DNA of 36,068 nucleotides from a virus (taxonomy: Duplodnaviria; Caudoviricetes), in IMG/VR virus record IMGVR_UViG_3300027659_000102, positions 1 through 36,068 of that record, one strand, 5' to 3'. The translations under genes were made by a program, and so were the position numbers. Under the pieces are notes generated by a model. It had not been told where the DNA came from and did no database searches. It was given only the letters and a program-made list of their open reading frames with translations. How positions within the stretch are numbered: position 1 is the stretch's first letter; the number at the start of each line of letters is the position of its first letter. Below are positions 1-7,715 of this stretch, piece after piece.

Positions 1-170
1 ATAATCCCCCCCAAAAGTTCATATAAACTATCTTTTTCTTTTTTGCTTCTTTTTTCTTTTTCAGCATCATCATTTTGCATCATTTTGAGTGTTTGGGCAA
101 TGTCTGCCAAATGAAGATCAATTGATTCCAAAAGAATCAGGAAATGCATCATTTTGTTTGTTTTCTCCAT
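1..170 (-). CDS. N-terminal part of a protein spanning the window junction (continues at 36068..35657); possible replication protein
   Basis: ATG at 170 preceded by GGAGA; MEKTNKMMHFLILLESIDLHLADIAQTLKMMQNDDAEKEKRSKKEKDSLYELLGGI runs to the edge without a stop. Read manually, not in the ORF track. Confidence 0.65.
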   Translation of the reverse strand, partial: MEKTNKMMHFLILLESIDLHLADIAQTLKMMQNDDAEKEKRSKKEKDSLYELLGGI

Positions 171-234
171 TTTTGATATCTCCGATTGATTGTGAATAGT
201 CATTTTTGCCGTCTTAAATGCTCGCCATTGAATG

Positions 235-274
235 AAAGGGCATGAACATATATGAATTATCATTCACGCCCTTT
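235..274. terminator. Intergenic stem-loop, probable intrinsic terminator
   Basis: Minus strand AAAGGGCGTGAATG...TGTTCATGCCCTTT, a 14-bp stem including G-U pairs, just downstream of the 297..908 stop; the U-tract is weak on the minus strand and T5 on the plus strand. Confidence 0.55.
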
Positions 275-296
275 TTCGCGCCTTAGAATCAATTTA

Positions 297-908
297 TCAA
301 AGTTTTGCTTTTTTCTCTTTGCCTTCCATAAATCTTGCTTTTTGAAAAGGATTGCACATCAAATCTGTCACATGTCTCTCAGTGAATTCCATTCCCTTTG
401 GTGTTCGATGTCCAAGTGCATTTAATTTGCCTGCAATTTGAACTTGATTGAATCCTGCTTTTGTATATCCATGTGCAATAGCATATGATGCTGCATACCT
501 TGTATCTGAATAAGTGTTTTTCATTCTTCTGAATTTAGGAATCCTGATTTGTGATTCTTTTGCCTTAACTTCAGAAATTGACTGTTGTGGCATGCTTTGA
601 TTTTCAAGTGCCTTGACTTTATTATCCAAATCAGTAATTGTATTGAATGCTGCTTTAAAAAGTTCTTTGAATTTATCCATACCTTTTTCAAGTTCTTCAA
701 TTCTTGATGTTTGCTTGTCTATAACTGACTTGATATTGCCCAATTGAAAATCTGTATTTTCTTTCAATGTTTGCAAGTCAATGCGCTGTGCATTAAGCCG
801 TGCATGATGTGCATCAATGTTTGTATTTTGAACATCAATTTGCGCTTGAAAATTATTGTTGTCATTGAAACCTGATGTTTCTTTTGTGCTGTTGATAAAC
901 CATCTCAT
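297..908 (-). CDS. Coiled-coil protein with C-terminal recombinase-type DNA-binding motif
   Basis: Heptad-rich N-terminal half; C-terminal QIAGKLNALGHRTPKGMEFTERHVTDLM resembles the IAxxLNxxGxxTxxGxxW motif of the serine recombinase 'Recombinase' DNA-binding domain; no catalytic resolvase domain seen. Confidence 0.55.
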   Translation of the reverse strand: MRWFINSTKETSGFNDNNNFQAQIDVQNTNIDAHHARLNAQRIDLQTLKENTDFQLGNIKSVIDKQTSRIEELEKGMDKFKELFKAAFNTITDLDNKVKALENQSMPQQSISEVKAKESQIRIPKFRRMKNTYSDTRYAASYAIAHGYTKAGFNQVQIAGKLNALGHRTPKGMEFTERHVTDLMCNPFQKARFMEGKEKKAKL

Positions 909-920
909 TGTTTTGCTTCT

Positions 921-1568
921 TTAAAATGTGTCAAATAATATTTCATCTGCATCCATCTGCATATCAGATTCAATGCCTTTTGCTTTAATAAATTTACATA
1001 AATTGTTGATAATTGCATCAATGCTTTCTTTGTCATCTTTTGGTTTTGGCAAAGTGAACATGTGCATTGCCTTATATTGCAATTCGATGTTGATGTCTTG
1101 CATTGATTTGAATTTTGTTGATAGTGATGGAAATTCAAATATCACATATTCAAATTCATTCGCATCAAATAGCCTGCAATATATTCGCCATTGCAATGAA
1201 TCCAAATATTTGTCAATGCTGAATGAACCCCACGTTGTCTTTGCTTCCATAACCTTCCTCCCAACCAAATAATCCGCAACACCTGTGATTGCAATATTGC
1301 CAATGCATGATGCGAAAACTTGTCTTGTCTTGACTTCATGCATTCCATCTGTGAATTTTTCTCTTGCATGATTGATTTGTTCCTGATTGAAGATTGCAGG
1401 ACATTCAGCATCCTGCAATTCAATCAATTTGTGAAACATACTGCCCAATTCCATTTTCAGATTTGGTTTTCCGCGCCTTAACAATGTGTCCATGATTTGC
1501 TCTTCTGTCAATATGCCATTGACATATTTCCAATAAGAATCAATCTGTGTGGTTGAAACTTTAATCAT
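921..1568 (-). CDS. PD-(D/E)XK nuclease (Cas4/RecB-like phage exonuclease)
   Basis: Motifs STTQIDSY, GSMFHKLIE, ITGVADYL, MEAKTT, LQWRIY; start moved to ATG 1568, which overlaps the upstream stop (ATGA). Confidence 0.75.
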   Translation of the reverse strand: MIKVSTTQIDSYWKYVNGILTEEQIMDTLLRRGKPNLKMELGSMFHKLIELQDAECPAIFNQEQINHAREKFTDGMHEVKTRQVFASCIGNIAITGVADYLVGRKVMEAKTTWGSFSIDKYLDSLQWRIYCRLFDANEFEYVIFEFPSLSTKFKSMQDINIELQYKAMHMFTLPKPKDDKESIDAIINNLCKFIKAKGIESDMQMDADEILFDTF

Positions 1569-2467
1569 GCTGCAATCCCTTTGAATTGCTTTTCTTTTGT
1601 GTCGAATTCCAAACCTGAATTGATTGCATGATTCAAGAGAGCATTCCAAATTTGAGTCTTTTCACCTTTGCCAAGTCCTTTTGCCTGCAATGCTTCAAAG
1701 AATGCATTGAATTCATCCACTGATTGCAAATTGTGCGCCTCTCTGATTGTTGCTTTGATTGTGTCAATTGCCTGTGCCTGTGATATTCTGTTTTGGTTAA
1801 ATGCCTCTTTTGTGTCATCAATGATTTGTTGCAATAGCATTCCCATTTCTGAATAATGTGGAATAGCATATGGTGTAAGTTCTGCACTATTTTTACCAAC
1901 CTTCCAATCATATGCATTGAAATCAATGATTGTGTTGCCTGCTGAATCTTTGTGCAAATATCCAATCATGTCAGACTTGGCAATGATTTGATCATATGAT
2001 GAACCCTCTGCCAATGGTTTCAATCTTCTCATTTCACCTTCAAATGTTTCTTTGCTGTGCATGATGAAAACAATATTGATTCCTAGTGATCTGATGAACT
2101 TATGGAATGTTGTGAATTCAGATTTTATTTCACCATACATCTGCAATTTCTGTGTTGCCAATTGTGGTTTCTTTTCAATCAAATAATCCTTGATTGAATC
2201 AATCATTGCACCCGCCGTATCAATTACAATTGTGTCATATCCTGTGAGCAATGCACGCAATTTTGATTCTGTTGCAATTTCTTTGTAATTGACACGCTCG
2301 AATACATCAGAAGAAAGTTTTGATCTTTGATGCCCTTCATCAAAGTCAAATACAATTGCATTCTTTGCCGTATTGCCAAGTGTTGTTTTTCCTGCTCCTG
2401 CTTCTCCATAGATTGTGATGGTAAATGATTCAAGTTTCAATGATTCATCTTTCTTTGTTATTTGCAT
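1565..2467 (-). CDS. AAA_24-family P-loop NTPase (Sak4-like single-strand annealing protein)
   Basis: Walker A IYGEAGAGKTTL, DFDEG, Walker B IVIDTAG, FIMHSKE; adjacent to an exonuclease gene. Confidence 0.85.
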   Translation of the reverse strand: MQITKKDESLKLESFTITIYGEAGAGKTTLGNTAKNAIVFDFDEGHQRSKLSSDVFERVNYKEIATESKLRALLTGYDTIVIDTAGAMIDSIKDYLIEKKPQLATQKLQMYGEIKSEFTTFHKFIRSLGINIVFIMHSKETFEGEMRRLKPLAEGSSYDQIIAKSDMIGYLHKDSAGNTIIDFNAYDWKVGKNSAELTPYAIPHYSEMGMLLQQIIDDTKEAFNQNRISQAQAIDTIKATIREAHNLQSVDEFNAFFEALQAKGLGKGEKTQIWNALLNHAINSGLEFDTKEKQFKGIAA

Positions 2468-2697
2468 GGTTCATGCTCCTTTGTGAATAGTGCTTTGACT
2501 TCATTCATGTCAACCAACATCATTTTCTTATTCTTGATTGACATTTGATATTTGATATGTTTCAATTTTGGTTCAACATACCAAATCTTTTTTCCCTTTT
2601 GCCGTTTCCTGCCACAACATAGAAACTGAATGTATCTTTGTGTGACTCCAAATATTTCCGCTGCCTCTGCTGTTGTTATCCATTGTTTTGTTTTCAA
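2458..2697 (-). CDS. Small helix-turn-helix DNA-binding protein (excisionase/MerR-like)
   Basis: WITTAEAAEIFGVTQRYIQFLC matches the HTH_17 pattern; TTG start overlaps the upstream TGA. Confidence 0.75.
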   Translation of the reverse strand: MKTKQWITTAEAAEIFGVTQRYIQFLCCGRKRQKGKKIWYVEPKLKHIKYQMSIKNKKMMLVDMNEVKALFTKEHEPCK

Positions 2698-2867
2698 TAC
2701 GGTGCCTTTGATATATTTTTAATAATTAGTTCAACGCATATTGTCAATACAATTGCAAGTGTGATTGTGACAAAGAATTCAACATCTTTTCTATATTCAA
2801 TGAATCGATGCTTCCAATAGTCTCTGTCCTCTTTCAATTGCGCAGGTGATTCGTATTCGTTATGCAT
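2694..2867 (-). CDS. Small membrane protein, 57 aa
   Basis: Read manually: MHNEYESPAQLKEDRDYWKHRFIEYRKDVEFFVTITLAIVLTICVELIIKNISKAPY; GGAGAA upstream; fills the gap between its neighbours; one hydrophobic segment. Confidence 0.7.
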   Translation of the reverse strand: MHNEYESPAQLKEDRDYWKHRFIEYRKDVEFFVTITLAIVLTICVELIIKNISKAPY

Positions 2868-3225
2868 GTTCATTCTCCACTTGTGATTTGAGTGATTTGT
2901 ATTCTTCCATCAAGTTCAACCAATCATCAACCAAATCTGAATAAGATGGTGATGTCAATTTATCTTTCACGAATTTCTCATTTGTGTACTGTTCCAAATC
3001 TCTTTCATATACATCAGGCATTGCATATTTGATTGCTATGGATGCCTTGATCCATCTGCCATGATATTGCACGCCCTCTCTTGTTGAGTCAAGCCATTCA
3101 TCAAATGATTTGACATAGTCATGAGAATCAGGCACAAAGGAATTCATCAGTTTTCCTATCTTACTCATTTGTCCTTTGATGTGTGCCATTTCATTCATGA
3201 TTCTGTTGCCTTGTTTGTCTGTCAT
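2860..3225 (-). CDS. Hypothetical early protein
   Basis: Start moved to ATG 3225 (GGAGCAtaagATG); the longer track ORF runs through the hairpin at 3254-3269. Confidence 0.75.
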   Translation of the reverse strand: MTDKQGNRIMNEMAHIKGQMSKIGKLMNSFVPDSHDYVKSFDEWLDSTREGVQYHGRWIKASIAIKYAMPDVYERDLEQYTNEKFVKDKLTSPSYSDLVDDWLNLMEEYKSLKSQVENEHA

Positions 3226-3253
3226 CTTATGCTCCAATTGTTTTGAATAATAA

Positions 3254-3269
3254 GGGCGGCGAACCGCCC
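3254..3269. terminator. GC-rich hairpin with UUCG tetraloop
   Basis: Minus strand GGGCGG-TTCG-CCGCCC followed by TTATTATT; the plus strand is followed by CGCGTTTTTT; intergenic. Confidence 0.6.
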
Positions 3270-3283
3270 CGCGTTTTTTATTT

Positions 3284-3496
3284 TTAATTCCACACATTAA
3301 ACTTAGGGAACCAATACCCGTCAATTTCGCGCGCTCCCAAATAAACTAAATTTGATCCCCACCATTTACATAATAAATTCGCATACTCGTTTGCCTGCTC
3401 TTTTTTTGCGTATCCATATACTGTTTGATTTGGCAACAATACACCATTCGTTTTTTCGTATGATTTGTGCGCTGATTTTTTTTGTTCTGTTGTCAT
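3284..3496 (-). CDS. Hypothetical early protein, 70 aa
   Basis: ATG with GGAGCA RBS directly downstream of the promoter repeat at 3541-3574. Confidence 0.75.
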   Translation of the reverse strand: MTTEQKKSAHKSYEKTNGVLLPNQTVYGYAKKEQANEYANLLCKWWGSNLVYLGAREIDGYWFPKFNVWN

Positions 3497-3540
3497 GTCT
3501 CTGCTCCAAAAAATAATTGTGTGTGTGTTTAATTACAAAT

Positions 3541-3574
3541 GCAATATATGATATATGCGAACCACTTCCAAACA
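3541..3574 (-). promoter_or_regulatory. Early promoter P2, Bacteroidota-type; contains 23-bp repeat copy 1 (3552-3574)
   Basis: TTTG (3572-3569), 20-nt spacer, TATATTGC (3548-3541), a variant of the -33 TTTG / -7 TAnnTTTG consensus. Confidence 0.6.
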
Positions 3575-3579
3575 AAAAA

Positions 3580-3762
3580 TTAAATTCCCAAAAAAACTTC
3601 TTCGCAAATTTGCATTCCATTATGTCTGAAGATTCTTTGTCCTATCGAATAGTCACAAAGTGCTTTTGCCTGTTCGCATGTGAACCAACTGTCAAGACCT
3701 GTGTTTGCATTCAAGAAAGTTCCATCAGCATTCAAGATTCTAAGTTTGCCATCTAACCACAT
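3580..3762 (-). CDS. Hypothetical early protein, 60 aa
   Basis: Start moved to ATG 3762 (GGAGCAggaaaATG); lies between the two 23-bp repeats. Confidence 0.7.
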   Translation of the reverse strand: MWLDGKLRILNADGTFLNANTGLDSWFTCEQAKALCDYSIGQRIFRHNGMQICEEVFLGI

Positions 3763-3803
3763 TTTCCTGCTCCGATATTGTTTGTGTTTCAATTATTACA
3801 TCA

Positions 3804-3837
3804 CAAACATACGGTATATGCGAACCACTTCCAAACA
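3804..3837 (-). promoter_or_regulatory. Early promoter P1, Bacteroidota-type; contains 23-bp repeat copy 2 (3815-3837)
   Basis: TTTG (3835-3832), 20-nt spacer, TATGTTTG (3811-3804), an exact TAnnTTTG match; repeat TGTTTGGAAGTGGTTCGCATATA is identical to 3552-3574. Confidence 0.7.
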
Positions 3838-3853
3838 TTATTTTTAATTACTC

Positions 3854-3896
3854 AAAATAAAAATGGCTAACTCATTACATTTGAATAAGTTAGCCA
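3854..3896 (-). terminator. Intrinsic terminator ending the structural operon
   Basis: TGGCTAACTTATT...AATGAGTTAGCCA stem followed by TTTTTATTTT on the minus strand. Confidence 0.75.
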
Positions 3897-3912
3897 CGAA
3901 ATTTTTTTTTAT

Positions 3913-3941
3913 TTAGACATTCTTAGACATTCTTAGACATT
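3913..3941. repeat. 10-bp tandem repeat TTAGACATTC, about 2.9 copies
   Basis: Copies at 3913-3922, 3923-3932 and 3933-3941; the last includes the stop codon of 3933..4118. Confidence 0.9.
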
Positions 3942-4118
3942 ACCACCATTTGGTGGCAATTCACCAACCAAATATGCAAATGTTTCTGTGACATCATAGA
4001 TACTTCCGTTTGCCATCAGTATCATTCGATAGATATCCATTTCATAAACTGCCCTTATTGCATTTTCATCAATGATGATTGATGCACCATCATTGACATC
4101 TGTCACTGTTATTGCCAT
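3933..4118 (-). CDS. Small protein, FlbD-like pattern
   Basis: ITVTDVNDG..IIIDENAIRAV..ILMANGSIYDVTET resembles FlbD-family spacing; AAGGGG RBS. Confidence 0.55.
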   Translation of the reverse strand: MAITVTDVNDGASIIIDENAIRAVYEMDIYRMILMANGSIYDVTETFAYLVGELPPNGGNV

Positions 4119-4129
4119 CTAAAATCCCC

Positions 4130-4627
4130 TTAATCAATTGCAATGACTGCTGTGCCTGTAATCTTTGCAGTGCTGTGGAATGTGTGAGCTGATCGAATTT
4201 CAGGCACCATATATATTGATGTTGATGTTGGTTGCAATCCATACGGCAAATTGATTGATGCCTGAATGAATGCTGTTCCAACACCACCATTCAACCAATT
4301 ACCATTTGCAATGTCAAAATATCCAATGCAAACATCAAATTGTGCTTTTGTAAATGCCTGTGCTGAATTCCTTGATGATGGTGTGATGTTCTGTCCAAAT
4401 AACCACAACCGCAAATTCGGCTTTTGTAAAGTTCCTGATGTTGATTCCACAAAATCAATATTCAATATTGTGCCTGTGTCTCCTGCAAATCTTGATGCAT
4501 TTGGAATTGCAATTGCTGATGATGTGAGAATATCTCCTGATGCATAGGCAACTGTGTCTAATGTGCCAAAATCAAATATTGATTGGACCTTTTCTTGTCC
4601 TGTTTGTCCTGCGTAAAAAATAGGCAT
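4130..4627 (-). CDS. Hypothetical virion-associated beta-rich protein
   Basis: End of the tail operon; G/S/T/A-rich with beta-strand patterning. Confidence 0.6.
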   Translation of the reverse strand: MPIFYAGQTGQEKVQSIFDFGTLDTVAYASGDILTSSAIAIPNASRFAGDTGTILNIDFVESTSGTLQKPNLRLWLFGQNITPSSRNSAQAFTKAQFDVCIGYFDIANGNWLNGGVGTAFIQASINLPYGLQPTSTSIYMVPEIRSAHTFHSTAKITGTAVIAID

Positions 4628-4632
4628 GATGT

Positions 4633-5361
4633 TTATACGGGTATTGTGAATAATCTATTTGCTTCAAAAATGTCTGCCAATTTGAAAACATTCAATGTGC
4701 ATTGTGTATTGGAATTCAGGAATGATGCAAAACCCATTGTGCCGTGCAAATATATCCTGAATCCATACCTGCCCGCTTGGTTCAATCTTGAATCTTGATT
4801 TGGCAAATTGACAATTGCTGTGCCATTCAAATTTGGGTGCTTGTTTGTGCTCCGAAAATCCATGAAAGGTGTATAGACTTCATTGAATCCACCACCACCT
4901 ACATTTGTTTCTAATGACAATGCATAGTCATGATTCCCCTGCACTGTTGTTGAATAGAAAAAGCACTGCACCAAATACCAACCTGCTTCATTGACATATA
5001 TCATTCTGTCTCTTGCATCATATTGGAAATTGCTATTCAATACATTCACAGTACGAAAGGGAATCAATGTTTTTGTTGTAATTGCTGCCAATCCTGACAA
5101 TGCAAAATCTGTAACGCCTATCATTCCAAATGGATAGTTCTGTGACTTTTTATGTGCATCCGATGCTGCTGCTGTTGCACTTGATTTTGCAATGCCAATT
5201 GCATTCGATATTCTTGCTTCAATTTGACTTCCTGTTGAATCATTTGCAATTGTATTGAAATCAATTTCAAGTGATTGTAGTTCTGATGTTTGGTTTCCTG
5301 TTGGAAATGCAACTTGTTTCCTGCCAATTCCTGCAGGTCTTATTGGTTCATTATATTTCAT
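4633..5361 (-). CDS. Tail tip/receptor-binding protein with C1q/BclA-like C-terminal domain
   Basis: Follows the large tail protein; IYVNEAGWYLVQCFFY fits the V/IxxxGxYxV jelly-roll motif. Confidence 0.55.
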   Translation of the reverse strand: MKYNEPIRPAGIGRKQVAFPTGNQTSELQSLEIDFNTIANDSTGSQIEARISNAIGIAKSSATAAASDAHKKSQNYPFGMIGVTDFALSGLAAITTKTLIPFRTVNVLNSNFQYDARDRMIYVNEAGWYLVQCFFYSTTVQGNHDYALSLETNVGGGGFNEVYTPFMDFRSTNKHPNLNGTAIVNLPNQDSRLNQAGRYGFRIYLHGTMGFASFLNSNTQCTLNVFKLADIFEANRLFTIPV

Positions 5362-7229
5362 GCATACATCCTTGCAGTCAATTCAACATCTCCTGAAAAC
5401 ACATCCAAATCATGTTTTGTTATCACTGCTGTTCCTGTGTTCGCATTGTAAATTTTTGTTATCAATGAATTCATATCATTCATATTGATTGTGCAATTTG
5501 CACCAACATCTTCAAAACCACAAATGGAATGTTTTGTCTTGAATGATATTTCCGTTTCCTTTGCATTTCCTAATGCTTTGACAAGTGAATAAGCCATTGT
5601 ATATGGCACGCCTGCTGTCTGCTGTTCAACAATCATTGCAGCACTTAATGCATCATCTTTTCCATATGGTTTGTTCTCACCTGATGATGGCACATCAGTA
5701 TATTGCAATTTAATTGCATCGGTATTTGAATACTTGAATTGACATGTTGAATCAACTTTCTTTGCCCTTCCGAGCTGTGTAATTACATACAAAATCATGC
5801 CTGTATTGATTGCGTTTCTGACGTAATCATTTCCCCTGTTTGTTGCACTTGGTAAATTATGGAAAACAATTTCAACATCTTTTGAATTGTCTCCTGATGT
5901 TCCCTGTTCTGAATATGGGAATACCTTATTGTCTTTTTCACCTTGCAATGTAGAACATGAAATATCTACTGATTTAACAGTCTCTTGGAATAATTTGAAT
6001 TTGACATCACCATATGTATTTGATGAATTGAATGTGATGCCACTGCCTGTCAATGGTCTGATGAAATCAGCCGTGTATGTTGCCGAAAACCAACCCGATA
6101 CCGAAGACCATGCATAAACAATGCGATAATTTTCCAAAGTGTTTTCAACAATCAATTTCAATATTTCATAAGCATTCCCAACTTTGCCTAATGCTGTTGG
6201 ATCTTTCAATGCACCACCCATCAATTTAGGCGTTGTTGAACCTGTGCCATCAGGCAATTGCCACATCTCACTAATATATGCAGGTTTTGAAATCGCATTT
6301 GTTGGAACGCTCCCATGAATTGTCCTTTGCTGATAGAATGTCCATGCCTTTGCAAAAGGAATAGGCAATGAAATTGATGATGATAAATTCCATGTGAACC
6401 CTCTCATGTATCTTGTAAACAATGCTTGCATCTTTGTCCGCATTCTTTCAAATGTCGATGTATTGTACACAATATTATTTGGTGCATAATCCCTTGCATA
6501 TCTTACATTTCCACGCGAATCTGTGTAATTGTCTTCATATAAATCAACACGATATTTTTGCTCACTTGATAGTTCAACATATCCATCACCATAATCAATT
6601 GTGATTGGTGGTGTCAACATGCCTTCAATCATATCATTCACAAACATATTGTGGTTGATTGCCTCTCCGATGCATCTCATGACATCAAAGCATTCAATCT
6701 TGAATTCCAATATCTCTGACAACTTATTGACTGTCAATTCATTCTCTGCACTGTATTTTTGGCATCCAATAAAAATTGGTCTCAATCCACTTCCATCATT
6801 GACCATCAAAATGAATGTGTTGAATTTTTGAAAACTACCAACACCAAAATCATAATAGTTTCCAAACTTATCATATAAACTTCCACCCTCTCCTATGTCA
6901 TTATAGTCAATGCCTTTTGATGTTGAACCCTGCAATAATTGCTCACGTAATTCATCATAATTTGCAGTGCCCTGCAATGCTGCAATATTCAATGTCATTT
7001 GCAAAGTTTGTGATACAAGTCCAACAGGAATTTCACCAAGTTCTGTTGAAAGTTTCATATCTCTCATTATGAAATCATCAGGCAATTCAACCAATGTGAA
7101 AGTGCTGTCAAAGAATCCTGCTTGACTTGGGAATGATGGATTGATGTTTGCATTGCTTGGAATGATATACAATGTATATTGCCAATCATTTTCATCTGTC
7201 CATTCTGAATAGAATCTTTTGTATGCCAT
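5358..7229 (-). CDS. Minor tail/baseplate hub-like protein, 623 aa
   Basis: Size and position (second gene after the tape measure); function inferred from synteny only. Confidence 0.6.
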   Translation of the reverse strand: MAYKRFYSEWTDENDWQYTLYIIPSNANINPSFPSQAGFFDSTFTLVELPDDFIMRDMKLSTELGEIPVGLVSQTLQMTLNIAALQGTANYDELREQLLQGSTSKGIDYNDIGEGGSLYDKFGNYYDFGVGSFQKFNTFILMVNDGSGLRPIFIGCQKYSAENELTVNKLSEILEFKIECFDVMRCIGEAINHNMFVNDMIEGMLTPPITIDYGDGYVELSSEQKYRVDLYEDNYTDSRGNVRYARDYAPNNIVYNTSTFERMRTKMQALFTRYMRGFTWNLSSSISLPIPFAKAWTFYQQRTIHGSVPTNAISKPAYISEMWQLPDGTGSTTPKLMGGALKDPTALGKVGNAYEILKLIVENTLENYRIVYAWSSVSGWFSATYTADFIRPLTGSGITFNSSNTYGDVKFKLFQETVKSVDISCSTLQGEKDNKVFPYSEQGTSGDNSKDVEIVFHNLPSATNRGNDYVRNAINTGMILYVITQLGRAKKVDSTCQFKYSNTDAIKLQYTDVPSSGENKPYGKDDALSAAMIVEQQTAGVPYTMAYSLVKALGNAKETEISFKTKHSICGFEDVGANCTINMNDMNSLITKIYNANTGTAVITKHDLDVFSGDVELTARMYA

Positions 7230-7232
7230 GTA

Positions 7233-7715
7233 TTAAACCCTTGATGCAAGATCGCGTGAATAGCAAGTCAATGTCAATTTCTCATTTCCTGATGCCCATG
7301 CTTTTTCATTTGCAATTTCACACCGGACAAAAACAAATGGAATCAGTGCTGATGTTCTCGGAAAATTTGTTGAATCTCGGTATCTATCAGGTAATACTTT
7401 TGGAGCATCAGGTGCATTCAATCGAACAAACTTTCTTTGCAATACAGAATCCAAAAGAAACATAATTGAATCAGTATTCAAATAGGTTGTTGGATTGTCC
7501 ATCCATGTACTATTTGGAAAACAAACAAGTTCCAATGCACGCCTGATTTTTCTTTGTCCAATTTCTCTGCCTTGCATTGATACATCACTGCCTGATTCAA
7601 TATCGAATGATGGAAACATTCCCAAAATTGGAATCTGAATTGCAGTATAGGTTGCATTTCCTGTGCTAAATGTATCAACATCACAGCCTTCAATTTTTAC
7701 CCAAAATCGTGCCAT
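7233..7715 (-). CDS. Distal tail protein-like
   Basis: 160 aa, immediately after the tape measure with a TAATG overlap; synteny only. Confidence 0.55.
   Translation of the reverse strand: MARFWVKIEGCDVDTFSTGNATYTAIQIPILGMFPSFDIESGSDVSMQGREIGQRKIRRALELVCFPNSTWMDNPTTYLNTDSIMFLLDSVLQRKFVRLNAPDAPKVLPDRYRDSTNFPRTSALIPFVFVRCEIANEKAWASGNEKLTLTCYSRDLASRV

Noticed and set aside
921-1568. Cas4-like nuclease as part of a CRISPR system
   Set aside because: No Fe-S cysteine cluster pattern, array or other cas genes; the context is a phage recombination module.
3254-3269. GGTTCG as a tRNA T-arm
   Set aside because: No cloverleaf can be built around it; it is a simple UUCG hairpin.
3552-3837. 23-bp direct repeats as a mini CRISPR array or att sites
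   Set aside because: Only two copies, with 240 bp between them containing a gene; they coincide with promoter elements; no cas or integrase gene.
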